Origin: a virus
Direction: 5' to 3' (one strand)
DNA length: 64,000 bases
IMG/VR virus record: IMGVR_UViG_3300023180_000050
Span: 2,655 to 66,654 of that record
The notes beneath the pieces were generated by a model that was given only the letters and a program-made list of their open reading frames with translations, was not told where the DNA came from and did no database searches. Positions 18,572-27,655 of this stretch are shown here, one piece after another. A program made the position numbers and the translations under genes. Position 1 is the stretch's first letter; the number at the start of each line of letters is the position of its first letter.

Positions 18572-19087
18572 ATGGCAAAGAAAAAAACAGAAGGCAAGGT
18601 AGTAGAACTTGATGCAAATCAACTTGCAGACGCTGTAGGCGAGGAAGCACTTTCTCGTTTAAACGAAGGAAGAATCAAAGCAGCCGAGGAAAACTTGGAA
18701 AATGCAAAAAAGAGGGTATCCACAAAAGTTTATGCAGTCCAATTTGATTCTATGGATCATATTGATAGGTTTGTAACCTTCATGGAAAACGATGCAGAGT
18801 GGAAGGAAAAGGAATCCCTTGGTGTAATTGAGATTTGTAAGGTTTTAGACAAACTCAAATCTGATGGCATTAAAAATAACATTCTTTACTTGCAAGCTTT
18901 GCCTTTAGAAGCAAGCCACTACTTTATCTCTAAGCAGAGTGGTAAAGGTCTTAAAGAGGCTAAAGAATTTATCTCCTTATTGAAGCCCTTTGAACAAGGA
19001 CTTGAATCTGCAAAAGCTGATGCAAGGGAGATTCAGGATTTGGAAAAAGAACTCGCTGCAGCTCAACAAGGGCTTGAATTAGCCTAA
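18572..19087 (+). CDS. Hypothetical protein
   Basis: ORF with A-rich leader, upstream GAAAC-type promoter (18529) and downstream terminator. Confidence 0.65.
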   Translation: MAKKKTEGKVVELDANQLADAVGEEALSRLNEGRIKAAEENLENAKKRVSTKVYAVQFDSMDHIDRFVTFMENDAEWKEKESLGVIEICKVLDKLKSDGIKNNILYLQALPLEASHYFISKQSGKGLKEAKEFISLLKPFEQGLESAKADAREIQDLEKELAAAQQGLELA

Positions 19088-19113
19088 GAGCACATTAACA
19101 AAACCATAGTTTT

Positions 19114-19146
19114 AAATAGGCTCCAGGTGATTGGGGCCTATTTTTT
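19114..19146 (+). terminator. Rho-independent terminator
   Basis: Stem TAGGCTCCA / TGGGGCCTA followed by a T6 tract. Confidence 0.8.
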
Positions 19147-19199
19147 AGTGTATATGGTTTTGGGTTAGATATATAGTAAAACTAAAATTGTAAATAATC

Positions 19200-19493
19200 A
19201 TGGTACAAAAGATTAAAGACAACTTCCAATTTATAGTATTGGGGTTCCTAGTATTGGTTTTTTTCAGACAATGCGGAGTAAACAGAGATATTGACCGTAT
19301 CGAAAAGGAGCTTAAAGCTTCTAACACTGAATTAAATACTAAGCTTGACTCGATCAACACTCTTACAAAAGCAGAGATCAGACACGAAATGAATCAGGTA
19401 ATGTTCCAATTTCTTATTTATGAAGATGATTTTGATAAGAAAAGAATTTCCTTGTCTGAGATTAAAAATAAGATAGAAGCAAGTGAAGAGTAA
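19200..19493 (+). CDS. Small membrane-anchored coiled-coil protein (possible lipoprotein or spanin-like)
   Basis: N-terminal hydrophobic stretch ending FFRQC, then coiled coil; GATATATA at 19168. Confidence 0.5.
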   Translation: MVQKIKDNFQFIVLGFLVLVFFRQCGVNRDIDRIEKELKASNTELNTKLDSINTLTKAEIRHEMNQVMFQFLIYEDDFDKKRISLSEIKNKIEASEE

Positions 19494-20253
19494 ATCAAAA
19501 CTGGTTAACGGTTTCATCATAAGCACCTTTGTATCTCTGTATTTGATGGTGTCTGTGATTTCCACTATCCACGTAATTGACTTCTTTAAACTATCTAACC
19601 CAACTTGGTTAGCTATATCTCTTGCTATAGCATTTGAGGTGGGTGCAGCTGCATCCCTTGCTTCATTAATAGCTATGGAAAAAATGAACAAGTCACTGGT
19701 GTGGTTCTTGTTTATCCTTTTAACTGCAATGCAAGCAATGGGTAATACCTATTATGCCTTTGTAAATCTTGGTGATTATACCTCTTGGTCTGAGCTTTTC
19801 GGTCTGATTGAGGAAGAGGAAATATTCCAAAAGAGAGTCCTTTCTATAGTTTCTGGTGCTATTCTACCGATAGTGGCTTTGGGCTTTATTAAGTCATTGG
19901 TTGATTACATAAAACCTGAAGGGAATGAAGTTTCCAATTCTAAAGAACACGAAACTACTGAAATCGATTCACAGGATGAAGATTCTCACGAGAGTGAACT
20001 TCAGGATATAAGTGAACCTTTAATTTATGACTCGCATTTGAGCTTAATAAATTTACAAGGGGAAACACTCCAATCTGAAGATGCTGCTGAATCTGATAAA
20101 GTAGAGGAGGACAAAGAAGCAGAAAAGAAACCGATAGTTCAGGATAACGTTGAGGTAGTTAATGTGAATTCGAATAAGGAAACAGCCACTAGAAAAAGAA
20201 CTCCTAGTGTTAAAACCCCAGATGATCCTAATTTAAACCCAACTAAGCTTTAA
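19483..20253 (+). CDS. Multi-pass membrane protein with acidic tail
   Basis: About four hydrophobic segments in the N-terminal 145 aa, then a D/E-rich tail. Confidence 0.65.
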   Translation: MKSKSKLVNGFIISTFVSLYLMVSVISTIHVIDFFKLSNPTWLAISLAIAFEVGAAASLASLIAMEKMNKSLVWFLFILLTAMQAMGNTYYAFVNLGDYTSWSELFGLIEEEEIFQKRVLSIVSGAILPIVALGFIKSLVDYIKPEGNEVSNSKEHETTEIDSQDEDSHESELQDISEPLIYDSHLSLINLQGETLQSEDAAESDKVEEDKEAEKKPIVQDNVEVVNVNSNKETATRKRTPSVKTPDDPNLNPTKL

Positions 20254-20254
20254 T

Positions 20255-20929
20255 ATGAGCGCAAACATAGGTGATAGCTTTGAAATATTTGGAGGCGGGT
20301 CCAGTAACGGAGGTACCGGATCTGGTACCCCCTTTGGTTATGGTGATAGTAATCCTGCTTTAACAACAGGGCAGTCCGGTCCGTGGAATACTAAATACAC
20401 ATTAATTGCAAACGATCCTGGATCACTGAAGAGAGTAAACCTTACTTTCTCCAACTATAATGATCCTCATGAAGTTAGAATATTTCAAACCTCGCTAAAC
20501 GTAACATATCAGGCTGAGATAGAGGAGAAATTGGATTTATCTGAGTACTTCCACCCACTCCAGTCCTTTTCAAGCTACCAAAAGCAAACCTTTGTTATAT
20601 CACCAGATGCTTCAATAAATTTGGATCCTGGTGATTTTGACACAACATTGGGTGAAGTAAGCTTATTGATGGCCAGGGCTCATTACAAAGCGGATGCAGT
20701 TGAGGACCAAAGGCTTTTATACTGGCATTACAATTCTGGGTATAGGAATATTATGTCTGATATGATGATGCTTACTGGGCAGGTAAAGCCAGATGCTGCA
20801 TGGAAGGGATGGCAAACATTACCTAATATCGACGAGCAAGTCGGATATACTGGAGCAGCAACAGGCGGATTCGTTTTTTCAAATCCAACTGAATATCCAG
20901 TTAAACTTACAATATTAACTGCAAGCTAA
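20255..20929 (+). CDS. Hypothetical virion protein (paralogue A)
   Basis: C-terminal YWHY..NI.SDMMMLTG..GW..GGFVFSNP..VKLTIL shared with the next gene. Confidence 0.6.
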   Translation: MSANIGDSFEIFGGGSSNGGTGSGTPFGYGDSNPALTTGQSGPWNTKYTLIANDPGSLKRVNLTFSNYNDPHEVRIFQTSLNVTYQAEIEEKLDLSEYFHPLQSFSSYQKQTFVISPDASINLDPGDFDTTLGEVSLLMARAHYKADAVEDQRLLYWHYNSGYRNIMSDMMMLTGQVKPDAAWKGWQTLPNIDEQVGYTGAATGGFVFSNPTEYPVKLTILTAS

Positions 20930-21474
20930 TGGCAACTAGACCTATTATATGTCCACCGCAGCCGATAGACGGATTCCTTTTTAGAAAGGACAAATTTGTT
21001 CTTGAGGAAGACTACAACATCACGAACTTCTTTGATTTCAGTGACCTTCAGGATGAGGTCATTTCATATTCAAGGATGAAAGTAACATTAAAAAAGAACA
21101 AGAGTGTAAAGATTAGCCAGACTGATATAGGGGATGATAATGGCTTTGTTAAATGGGTAGCTGTTAAGGTAAAATACCCAGCACCAAAGAATCCTGTATT
21201 ATATGGGGCTCAAACTCCTATTATACCTGGGGTACCAACACCAACTAACGGAACCCCTCAGGTTAAAAAATACATCTATTGGACATATAGGGGAAATACC
21301 TATAATATCGGGGAGATGATGATCTTGACCGGTGATAAATTGGGATCTACTGATTCTGAAAAAAGCGGCTGGAATCTTAGCGAGGATTTTCTCCCATACG
21401 AAGATGGGGGAATAACCTTCAGCAACCCTCACACAGATATTGACGTAAAGCTTGAAATTATTATAGCTAGATAA
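20929..21474 (+). CDS. Hypothetical virion protein (paralogue B)
   Basis: YWTY..NIGEMMILTG..GW..GGITFSNP..VKLEII; coupled to the previous gene by a TAATG overlap. Confidence 0.6.
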   Translation: MATRPIICPPQPIDGFLFRKDKFVLEEDYNITNFFDFSDLQDEVISYSRMKVTLKKNKSVKISQTDIGDDNGFVKWVAVKVKYPAPKNPVLYGAQTPIIPGVPTPTNGTPQVKKYIYWTYRGNTYNIGEMMILTGDKLGSTDSEKSGWNLSEDFLPYEDGGITFSNPHTDIDVKLEIIIAR

Positions 21475-21568
21475 TTTTTTCTAAAATTTTGACTTTAACT
21501 GGAATATATAATGGAAAAGTTTCAATATCACAGGTGTGATATATAGAAAGCAAAAAAACACAAGTAGA

Positions 21569-24304
21569 ATGGACTTACTTAATCAATTAAAAACTCTTAG
21601 GGAAACAACCACTAACCCTGAAGTTAAATCTATTTGCGAATCCCATATTAATAAAATACAAAACGGGGAGAACGTAAATGAATCCGCGGTCCTTGAATCT
21701 GTTGATCAGGTTGTAAAGGAAAGCGAAGGTGAAAGCGCTGTAAATCCTATGGAGATGGTCAGGCAACAAGAAATTGAAAGATCTAAATCTGCAGCCCAGA
21801 GGTTGATGGAATCTTGGGGAGGTATTGGATCATCAACTTCTAGAAATGCAGGATCTTACGTAGATGCTGAAAAGAATGAGAGCAATAATGAGGTAAGCAA
21901 TATCTCAGAAAGCTTGAAAGAGGTTGCTGAAAAAGATCCAGCAGCTAAGGCTTTTATTGATTCTCAAGCGGTAAACAACTTAGGGGTTTACGAGTCTATT
22001 CTTTCACTTAAAGGAACTGGTATTTACGAACATCCTAATGTTAAGATCCTATGTGAAAAATATACCCACTTGCTAAAAAGCAACAATGTGCCTGAGTTTT
22101 TGCTTGCTGAATCTTTTGTGCAAGAGCTTCAGAACTTTAACTGGGATAATAAAGTTAAGTCTGCTGTAGAAGCTATTAGTGAAAAAGTCCAATCACACCT
22201 ACCTGAAATTGAGGTATCTAAAGCTCTTTACTCTATTGAGAAAAGCGCTGGTGCTGATTTCTACTCACCAGTAACTGAATCTTTGAATAAGTGGTTGATT
22301 TCAGAGAACAAATCAGTTGCCTTGCTTTCGAAGGAACTATCAAGATGGTCTTTTAACCCAACGGTTAGAAATCTTGTTAATTCACTTTCTTTGATGGAGT
22401 CATCAGAAAGTAAATTAAGTATTCCAGTTAATAACGGAAATTCTTCAGTTAAGAAAGTTTACTCTCCGGTACATGTAAGTGGAGGTAAAACTGTGTTTAC
22501 CATTGGTAATAATGTCTTTGAAGGAAACTCCGAAGGAATTAAGAGGCTTAATAGAGCAGAATTTGAAGCTCTTCCAGCATCTTTCAGATCTTTACTAGAA
22601 TCTTTCTATTCTTCTATGGTTAAGATTAACGAAAATGGTCTTAGCTTCTATGTTGGAAACAGCAGCTTTAAACTTGTTGAAGAAAACGATTCAGTTTCTA
22701 TCTACTCGAAAGAAACAAAGATCAACTTCAGTGACCTTAATCAACTTGCTAAGCAAGTAGCTTTGGAGATTTCTGGTAGCTTAGGAGTTAATGAATCTAA
22801 AGCGGTTTCAGATCTTATTAACTTATATGAGAATTTCGAAAATATTGTTGAGTTAGATTTTGCTAAGAGATTGGAATCAAAGGTATTTGAAGGTGTATCT
22901 GTAAACCTTATTAAATGGAACTCAAACCTTTACCTTAATAGGATCAACGAGGGAATGAATGAGAATTCTCTATTTAAGGTTAACGGATCACAAGCTACCA
23001 ACATGGTTAAGGATTTGATGAAGTACGACATCTCTGAAGGATTAACAGAATTCTTGGATGGCGAGAACAGAATCAAGTCTATTATGCTTAACGATAGAAA
23101 GCAAATCATTGATAACATTTCTATTGTCGAGAATGAAATCAATAAGATTTCACATGCAATGGCTACAAACCCTCTTTACGAAAACTCAAAAGAAATGCAC
23201 AGAGCCAAGCACATGCTTGAGCAAGAGCTTTCTTCATTGAGGAAAAAATGGGCGGCTGTTAACGAGGAGATTGAAAAGATTGAGTCAACTGCAACAGAGG
23301 TAAACGACTTGAACGAGGACGAGAAATTTACTGTAGGCGACTACGTGAAAGTAAAAGAGTCTGGTAATACTGGTAAGGTAATTTCAGTCGATAGCACTTC
23401 TGGATCTTATACAGTTCTTATGGACAACGGAAGAACTGGTGATTTCAGAATGGACGAGATCGTTGATATCGAAGAGGCATTAAAATCTGCTGGTGAAGAA
23501 AACCAAGAAGCAGACGAGACTCAGGAAGAAATTAAGGAGCAAGAAATGGCAGTAGCTCCTGAAAAACAAACTGAATCTGCAAAAGATAAAACTCCTGCTG
23601 CTACACTTAAGGCTAATACTTCTGCAGCTCCTTCTGCTAAGGATCAAGAAGATGCTGGTAAAAAGGACATTGAAAAGGAAGATCATGCTAATTTAGAGGA
23701 AGCTCCAGAAGGTAGCGAGAAGGAAACCAAATATGACATAAAGTTAAAAGATTCTTTGGTTGACAAAATGGGATACAACGTGAATGAAAATTCTGAAGAC
23801 GTTGAGTCTACTGAATCTGAAATGGCTGAGGCTCCTGCTGACGGTAACACTGAGTTATCCGAAAGAGACGTTGAAAACACGGATCAAAACCTAGCAGAAG
23901 CACCAGGTGGAAGAGATCATGCAGATTATGATGTAAAAGCTGCTCATGCAGAGGAGAATAATCCTGACATGGTTAAAACAGACCCTGAAATGGCTTCAGC
24001 TCCTGGTGATGGTACAGATAAAGAAATGCATCACGAGGTTGGTAAAGAAATGGGATACAATCTTGATGAAGCCAACGACGTTGAAAAGACAGATCAACAA
24101 CTTGCAGTAGCACCAGGTGGTGAGCACAAAGCAGAATATGATGTTGAAGTTGCTAAAGCTGAAAAGGCAGTAGCAGATGTCATGAAGACAAACCAAGAAT
24201 TGGCTGAAGCTCCTGCAGCAGGAACTGAAGCTGAAACTGATGTTGAGGTAAACCCAGAAATGGGATATAACATTGACGAAAGCGAAGAGTCAAAAAAAAA
24301 CTAA
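21569..24304 (+). CDS. Large acidic head/core-like protein with KOW/SH3-like domain and C-terminal repeats
   Basis: GATATATA at 21538; many (I/L/V)xE sites; FTVGDYVKVKESGNTGKVISVD (KOW-like); repeated [ML]AxAP and MGYNxxE motifs. Confidence 0.6.
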   Translation: MDLLNQLKTLRETTTNPEVKSICESHINKIQNGENVNESAVLESVDQVVKESEGESAVNPMEMVRQQEIERSKSAAQRLMESWGGIGSSTSRNAGSYVDAEKNESNNEVSNISESLKEVAEKDPAAKAFIDSQAVNNLGVYESILSLKGTGIYEHPNVKILCEKYTHLLKSNNVPEFLLAESFVQELQNFNWDNKVKSAVEAISEKVQSHLPEIEVSKALYSIEKSAGADFYSPVTESLNKWLISENKSVALLSKELSRWSFNPTVRNLVNSLSLMESSESKLSIPVNNGNSSVKKVYSPVHVSGGKTVFTIGNNVFEGNSEGIKRLNRAEFEALPASFRSLLESFYSSMVKINENGLSFYVGNSSFKLVEENDSVSIYSKETKINFSDLNQLAKQVALEISGSLGVNESKAVSDLINLYENFENIVELDFAKRLESKVFEGVSVNLIKWNSNLYLNRINEGMNENSLFKVNGSQATNMVKDLMKYDISEGLTEFLDGENRIKSIMLNDRKQIIDNISIVENEINKISHAMATNPLYENSKEMHRAKHMLEQELSSLRKKWAAVNEEIEKIESTATEVNDLNEDEKFTVGDYVKVKESGNTGKVISVDSTSGSYTVLMDNGRTGDFRMDEIVDIEEALKSAGEENQEADETQEEIKEQEMAVAPEKQTESAKDKTPAATLKANTSAAPSAKDQEDAGKKDIEKEDHANLEEAPEGSEKETKYDIKLKDSLVDKMGYNVNENSEDVESTESEMAEAPADGNTELSERDVENTDQNLAEAPGGRDHADYDVKAAHAEENNPDMVKTDPEMASAPGDGTDKEMHHEVGKEMGYNLDEANDVEKTDQQLAVAPGGEHKAEYDVEVAKAEKAVADVMKTNQELAEAPAAGTEAETDVEVNPEMGYNIDESEESKKN
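23867..24286 (+). repeat. Two tandem 210-nt (70-aa) coding repeats
   Basis: GACGTTGAAAA at 23867 and 24077; the unit DVE.TD..LA.APGG..YDV..KT..E.A.AP..GT..EMGYN.DE occurs twice. Confidence 0.85.
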
Positions 24305-24480
24305 GAAAAATACTTAGTAAAGTTTGGGCTTTTGCTCCAACGGGAAAGGATCAGTCTGAAACACCAGAGCCTTTCGTCGATGAGATAAAAGATAAAATGA
24401 GCGTCGCCCCAGATGGAAAAGAACCAACTGGAGACACGCTCATTTCTTCTGAAGATGGATCTGAAGAGGATAAGGTCTAG
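24292..24480 (+). other. Slippery A9 / A_AAA_AAC site and 59-codon -1 frame extension
   Basis: The -1 frame from 24301 is open to TAG at 24478-24480 and encodes WAFAPTG and MSVAPDG, repeats of the upstream protein's motif. Confidence 0.65.
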
Positions 24481-24483
24481 GCC

Positions 24484-24513
24484 GAAACTAACCTCGAGGT
24501 TTAAACTAAAAAT
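24484..24513 (+). promoter_or_regulatory. Putative phage-sigma promoter GAAAC-N17-CTAAAAAT driving the late sigma gene
   Basis: Same motif and spacing as copies at 36459 and 51085. Confidence 0.6.
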
Positions 24514-24534
24514 AATATAAGTATTAATAAGGTT

Positions 24535-24894
24535 ATGGCAAAGGCTTATGTAAAAAATAAAGACCTGTTGGCTGCTATTCTAGAGTCAAAGGAAAAAGGT
24601 GAGCTAACACCAGAGACCATCGAGATGTTTGGTTTAATGGTTCAAGGCATTTCAAAAAAGATGGCTTACCGTGACCCAGACGATAAAGCTGATTGTATGG
24701 CTTTTGCTATGGAAGACCTTTGTAAATATTGGAACAGGTTCAATCCAGAAAAGTCGAATAATCCATTTGCATATTATACACAAATTGCAAAAAATGGGTT
24801 TGCAAAGGGGTGGAAGAAAATACATCCACCAAAGGCACCAAAAACGATTCCATTCTCTTACATAACAGGCGATGACAATACATATAATGTATAA
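24535..24894 (+). CDS. gp55: Late-transcription sigma factor (gp55-like, short)
   Basis: YVKNKDLL..FNPEKSNNPFAYYTQIAKNGF is the gp55 signature. Confidence 0.85.
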   Translation: MAKAYVKNKDLLAAILESKEKGELTPETIEMFGLMVQGISKKMAYRDPDDKADCMAFAMEDLCKYWNRFNPEKSNNPFAYYTQIAKNGFAKGWKKIHPPKAPKTIPFSYITGDDNTYNV

Positions 24895-24896
24895 TC

Positions 24897-25382
24897 ATGC
24901 CCGATATAAAGAAAATAAAACCCAATGGGGACTATAAGTCTGGCTTATACGTTCCGCAAAACCCGGACAAGTACATTGGTGACGTCCATAACATAATCTG
25001 CAGATCTTCTTGGGAATTCAGGTTTTGTCGTTATTGCGATACTAACGACAAAATACTTAAATGGAGTTCTGAACCAATCTCTATTCCTTATTACAATCCT
25101 TTGGATAAGAAAGAACACCAATATAATGTGGACTTTTATATGCAAGTTCTAAAGGACGATGAGCAAACTCAGGACTGGATAATAGAGGTCAAGCCAGAGA
25201 AGCACTTCAAGAAACCTATCCTTGAAGGAAATTCAACACTCAAGAAACTTAAGTCCTACAACCATAAAATGCAGATTTGGATTACCAACCAAGCCAAGTT
25301 CAAAGCAGCACAAAGATGGGCAGATGCTAGAGGATACAAATTTGGTGTGGTTGATGAGAATTTTTTATTTAAAAGCAAGTGA
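24897..25382 (+). CDS. gp4: Head completion nuclease (gp4, TnsA-like fold)
   Basis: PQNPDKYIGD..CRSSWE..WSSEPISIPY..DF..IEVKP..NQAKFKAA. Confidence 0.88.
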   Translation: MPDIKKIKPNGDYKSGLYVPQNPDKYIGDVHNIICRSSWEFRFCRYCDTNDKILKWSSEPISIPYYNPLDKKEHQYNVDFYMQVLKDDEQTQDWIIEVKPEKHFKKPILEGNSTLKKLKSYNHKMQIWITNQAKFKAAQRWADARGYKFGVVDENFLFKSK

Positions 25383-25984
25383 AACCTTTCGAAGAGCAAA
25401 TTAAGGACCTAAGAAAGGAATCACAGTCGATTTCTAGCATTTCTAAGGAATCGAATGGTTTGTTTAAGAAAAAATATGGACCGAATGGTTCTGGTGGAAG
25501 ACTAGAATTCAATGGAGATTTCATACCAGGTAAATTCTATACCTGCGAATATAAAACGAAAACCAAGATTTCTGATAAAGTTCCCTTTATTGATAGGGAG
25601 CCCGTTTTCATCTTTTTGAAAAAAGAGAAGTTCCAATCTGGATCTATAGCGGTGTCTGTAGATCTTGGTGTCATCCCCCCTGATTATAGGGGTAATATTA
25701 TGGTTAAGTTGTGGAACCAGTATTATAATATATTTAAGGATAATGAGTCCTTGCCATATACTTCCCAAATTCCCATACAAGGGATCAGTAGGGCATTTGA
25801 TGCTTTATTAAACGGTACTGGGTGGAAAACTTCTCTTACCGGATTTAAGCTCGATTTTATGAATAATATAAAGGTTGTGGACTATACTGATCTTGTCAGA
25901 ATCCCATATCTTTCTGATTTTATGATAGAGGGACAATCCATTAATGGGATATATAGTGATTATAGATCGAAATTAAATCTCTAA
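25379..25984 (+). CDS. gp2: DNA end protector-like protein
   Basis: PGKFYTCEY..K..VPFIDREP resembles the gp2 motif; adjacent to gp4 as in T4-like phages. Confidence 0.55.
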   Translation: MKPFEEQIKDLRKESQSISSISKESNGLFKKKYGPNGSGGRLEFNGDFIPGKFYTCEYKTKTKISDKVPFIDREPVFIFLKKEKFQSGSIAVSVDLGVIPPDYRGNIMVKLWNQYYNIFKDNESLPYTSQIPIQGISRAFDALLNGTGWKTSLTGFKLDFMNNIKVVDYTDLVRIPYLSDFMIEGQSINGIYSDYRSKLNL

Positions 25985-26017
25985 GATAAAGTACAAAAGA
26001 CAGATCTTATTTTATAA

Positions 26018-27646
26018 ATGGCCGGATTTAACGAAACACCAGAAGGGAACCCGATATTCCAAAGGATTAGAGAGTCTGTAAAGTCTCTCAGTAATTTTGG
26101 TATGAGGTATGGTGATATGGTCATTAAAAATTCACAGGCCATTGGATCGATAGAAGCTGATTTTATGAAAAAGCAATCTATCGATGATGAGAGCTTGCTT
26201 TATTCCCTCGGTAGACAAGACACGACCACAAGACAATTTATCAGCTACTATGATAAGGATTATGCAGGAAAGAGAGATTATCTTAGGAAGTTTGCTCTGA
26301 ATCCTGAGATAGAGTACATCTTGGATACTGTCTGTGACGAAGCGATAACTTTTGACTCATACAACTTCTTTGCATATCCAGCATTTTTAAATCTTACCGA
26401 TGTAAAGGATAAGATAAAAAACCGTCTGGACGAGAATTATAAGAATTTGTATGACATGTTCGGCTTCGGCGATGATATCAGCGGGTGGCAATACTTTAGA
26501 CAGCTAATGGTCGATGGCTTTCTTGCCTTTGAAATAGTTTATGATGACAAAGGTAAGAAGATTATTGGATTTAAGGAATTAGATGCAACTACTCTAATGC
26601 CATCTGTTGAAAAGCAGCCTGATGGTACTTATTTGAGTGTTTGGTATCAATACCCAAAGGATATCAATAAGAGGAGGATGCTATATGACTCCCAGGTGAT
26701 TTACATATCATTTGCTAAGGGAAACACAGTTTCTAGGATTAGCTATGTCGAAAGACTTATAAGGCCCTACAACATTCTTAGGATAATCGAGTACACTAGG
26801 GTGATATGGTCGGTTATGAACGCATCGTTCAGAATGAAAATGACTGTACCGATTGGATCGAGATCTCCACAGAAGTCTATGCAAACCTTGGGTGAGCTTA
26901 TGAGTATCTATAAGGAAGATATTAGGTTCAATGATGAGAGTGGGGAGTTAACAGTAGATGGCAGACCTAAGATACAGTTTTATAAGAATTATCTAATGCC
27001 TTCTGGTGTTAATGGAACACCAACAATAGAACCTATTAATAATGCTGGTCCAAACTTAAACGATCCCCAGCCTCTTGCTTATTTCTACGATAAGCTAGTT
27101 CAGGAATCTAAAATTCCTTTTTCTAGGTTCCAAGGTCCTGATGGTGGATCTATAGGAAACTATTCGAATGGTGCAGAAGGATTGGATAAGGAGGAAATAA
27201 GGTTTGGTAAGTTTATTAGTAGGCTTAGATCTATCTTCCAGGATCTTTTGGTTAAGCCACTTTGGATTCAAATGTGTAAGGATTTTCCGGAGTTGGAGAA
27301 GGATTACTTATTTAAGAGTCAACTGGGGTTGGAATATGTTTCTGATAATCCATTCAGGGTTAATCAAGAGATAGAAACCATGCTTAAAAAGAAAGAGCAA
27401 ATTGATGGTATGTATGCTCTTACAGATGATAGCGGTGAGCCTTTCTTTTCATTGGCTTATCTAATTGAGTCTCATTTGGGAATGACTGACGATGATATAA
27501 AGGCAAATAAGGAAGCTATCAAGAAAAGGAAAGAGGAGGAAAAAAAGAAAGCTGACGAAGAGGCTAAATCTTCGGAGGAAGAACCCGCAGAGGAAGCTCC
27601 AGAAGAATCTCCGGAGGAAACCCCGGAAGAACCCCCACAAGAATAA
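26018..27646 (+). CDS. gp20: Portal protein (copy 1)
   Basis: PEIEYILDTVCDEAI, FRQLMVDG, SYVERLIRPYNILRIIE, YFYDKL..SKIPFSRF, EEIRFGKFISRLRSIF; GATATATA at 25948. Confidence 0.88.
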   Translation: MAGFNETPEGNPIFQRIRESVKSLSNFGMRYGDMVIKNSQAIGSIEADFMKKQSIDDESLLYSLGRQDTTTRQFISYYDKDYAGKRDYLRKFALNPEIEYILDTVCDEAITFDSYNFFAYPAFLNLTDVKDKIKNRLDENYKNLYDMFGFGDDISGWQYFRQLMVDGFLAFEIVYDDKGKKIIGFKELDATTLMPSVEKQPDGTYLSVWYQYPKDINKRRMLYDSQVIYISFAKGNTVSRISYVERLIRPYNILRIIEYTRVIWSVMNASFRMKMTVPIGSRSPQKSMQTLGELMSIYKEDIRFNDESGELTVDGRPKIQFYKNYLMPSGVNGTPTIEPINNAGPNLNDPQPLAYFYDKLVQESKIPFSRFQGPDGGSIGNYSNGAEGLDKEEIRFGKFISRLRSIFQDLLVKPLWIQMCKDFPELEKDYLFKSQLGLEYVSDNPFRVNQEIETMLKKKEQIDGMYALTDDSGEPFFSLAYLIESHLGMTDDDIKANKEAIKKRKEEEKKKADEEAKSSEEEPAEEAPEESPEETPEEPPQE

Positions 27647-27655
27647 TAATATAGA

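Noticed and set aside
24897-25382. TnsA-like endonuclease as a Tn7 element
   Set aside because: Motifs and position beside gp2 and the portal match T4 gp4 head-completion nuclease; no TnsB/C or terminal repeats.
27530-27646. GAGGAA/CCxGAA low-complexity repeats at the end of portal 1
   Set aside because: Simply encodes a disordered E/P-rich tail, which is common on portal proteins.
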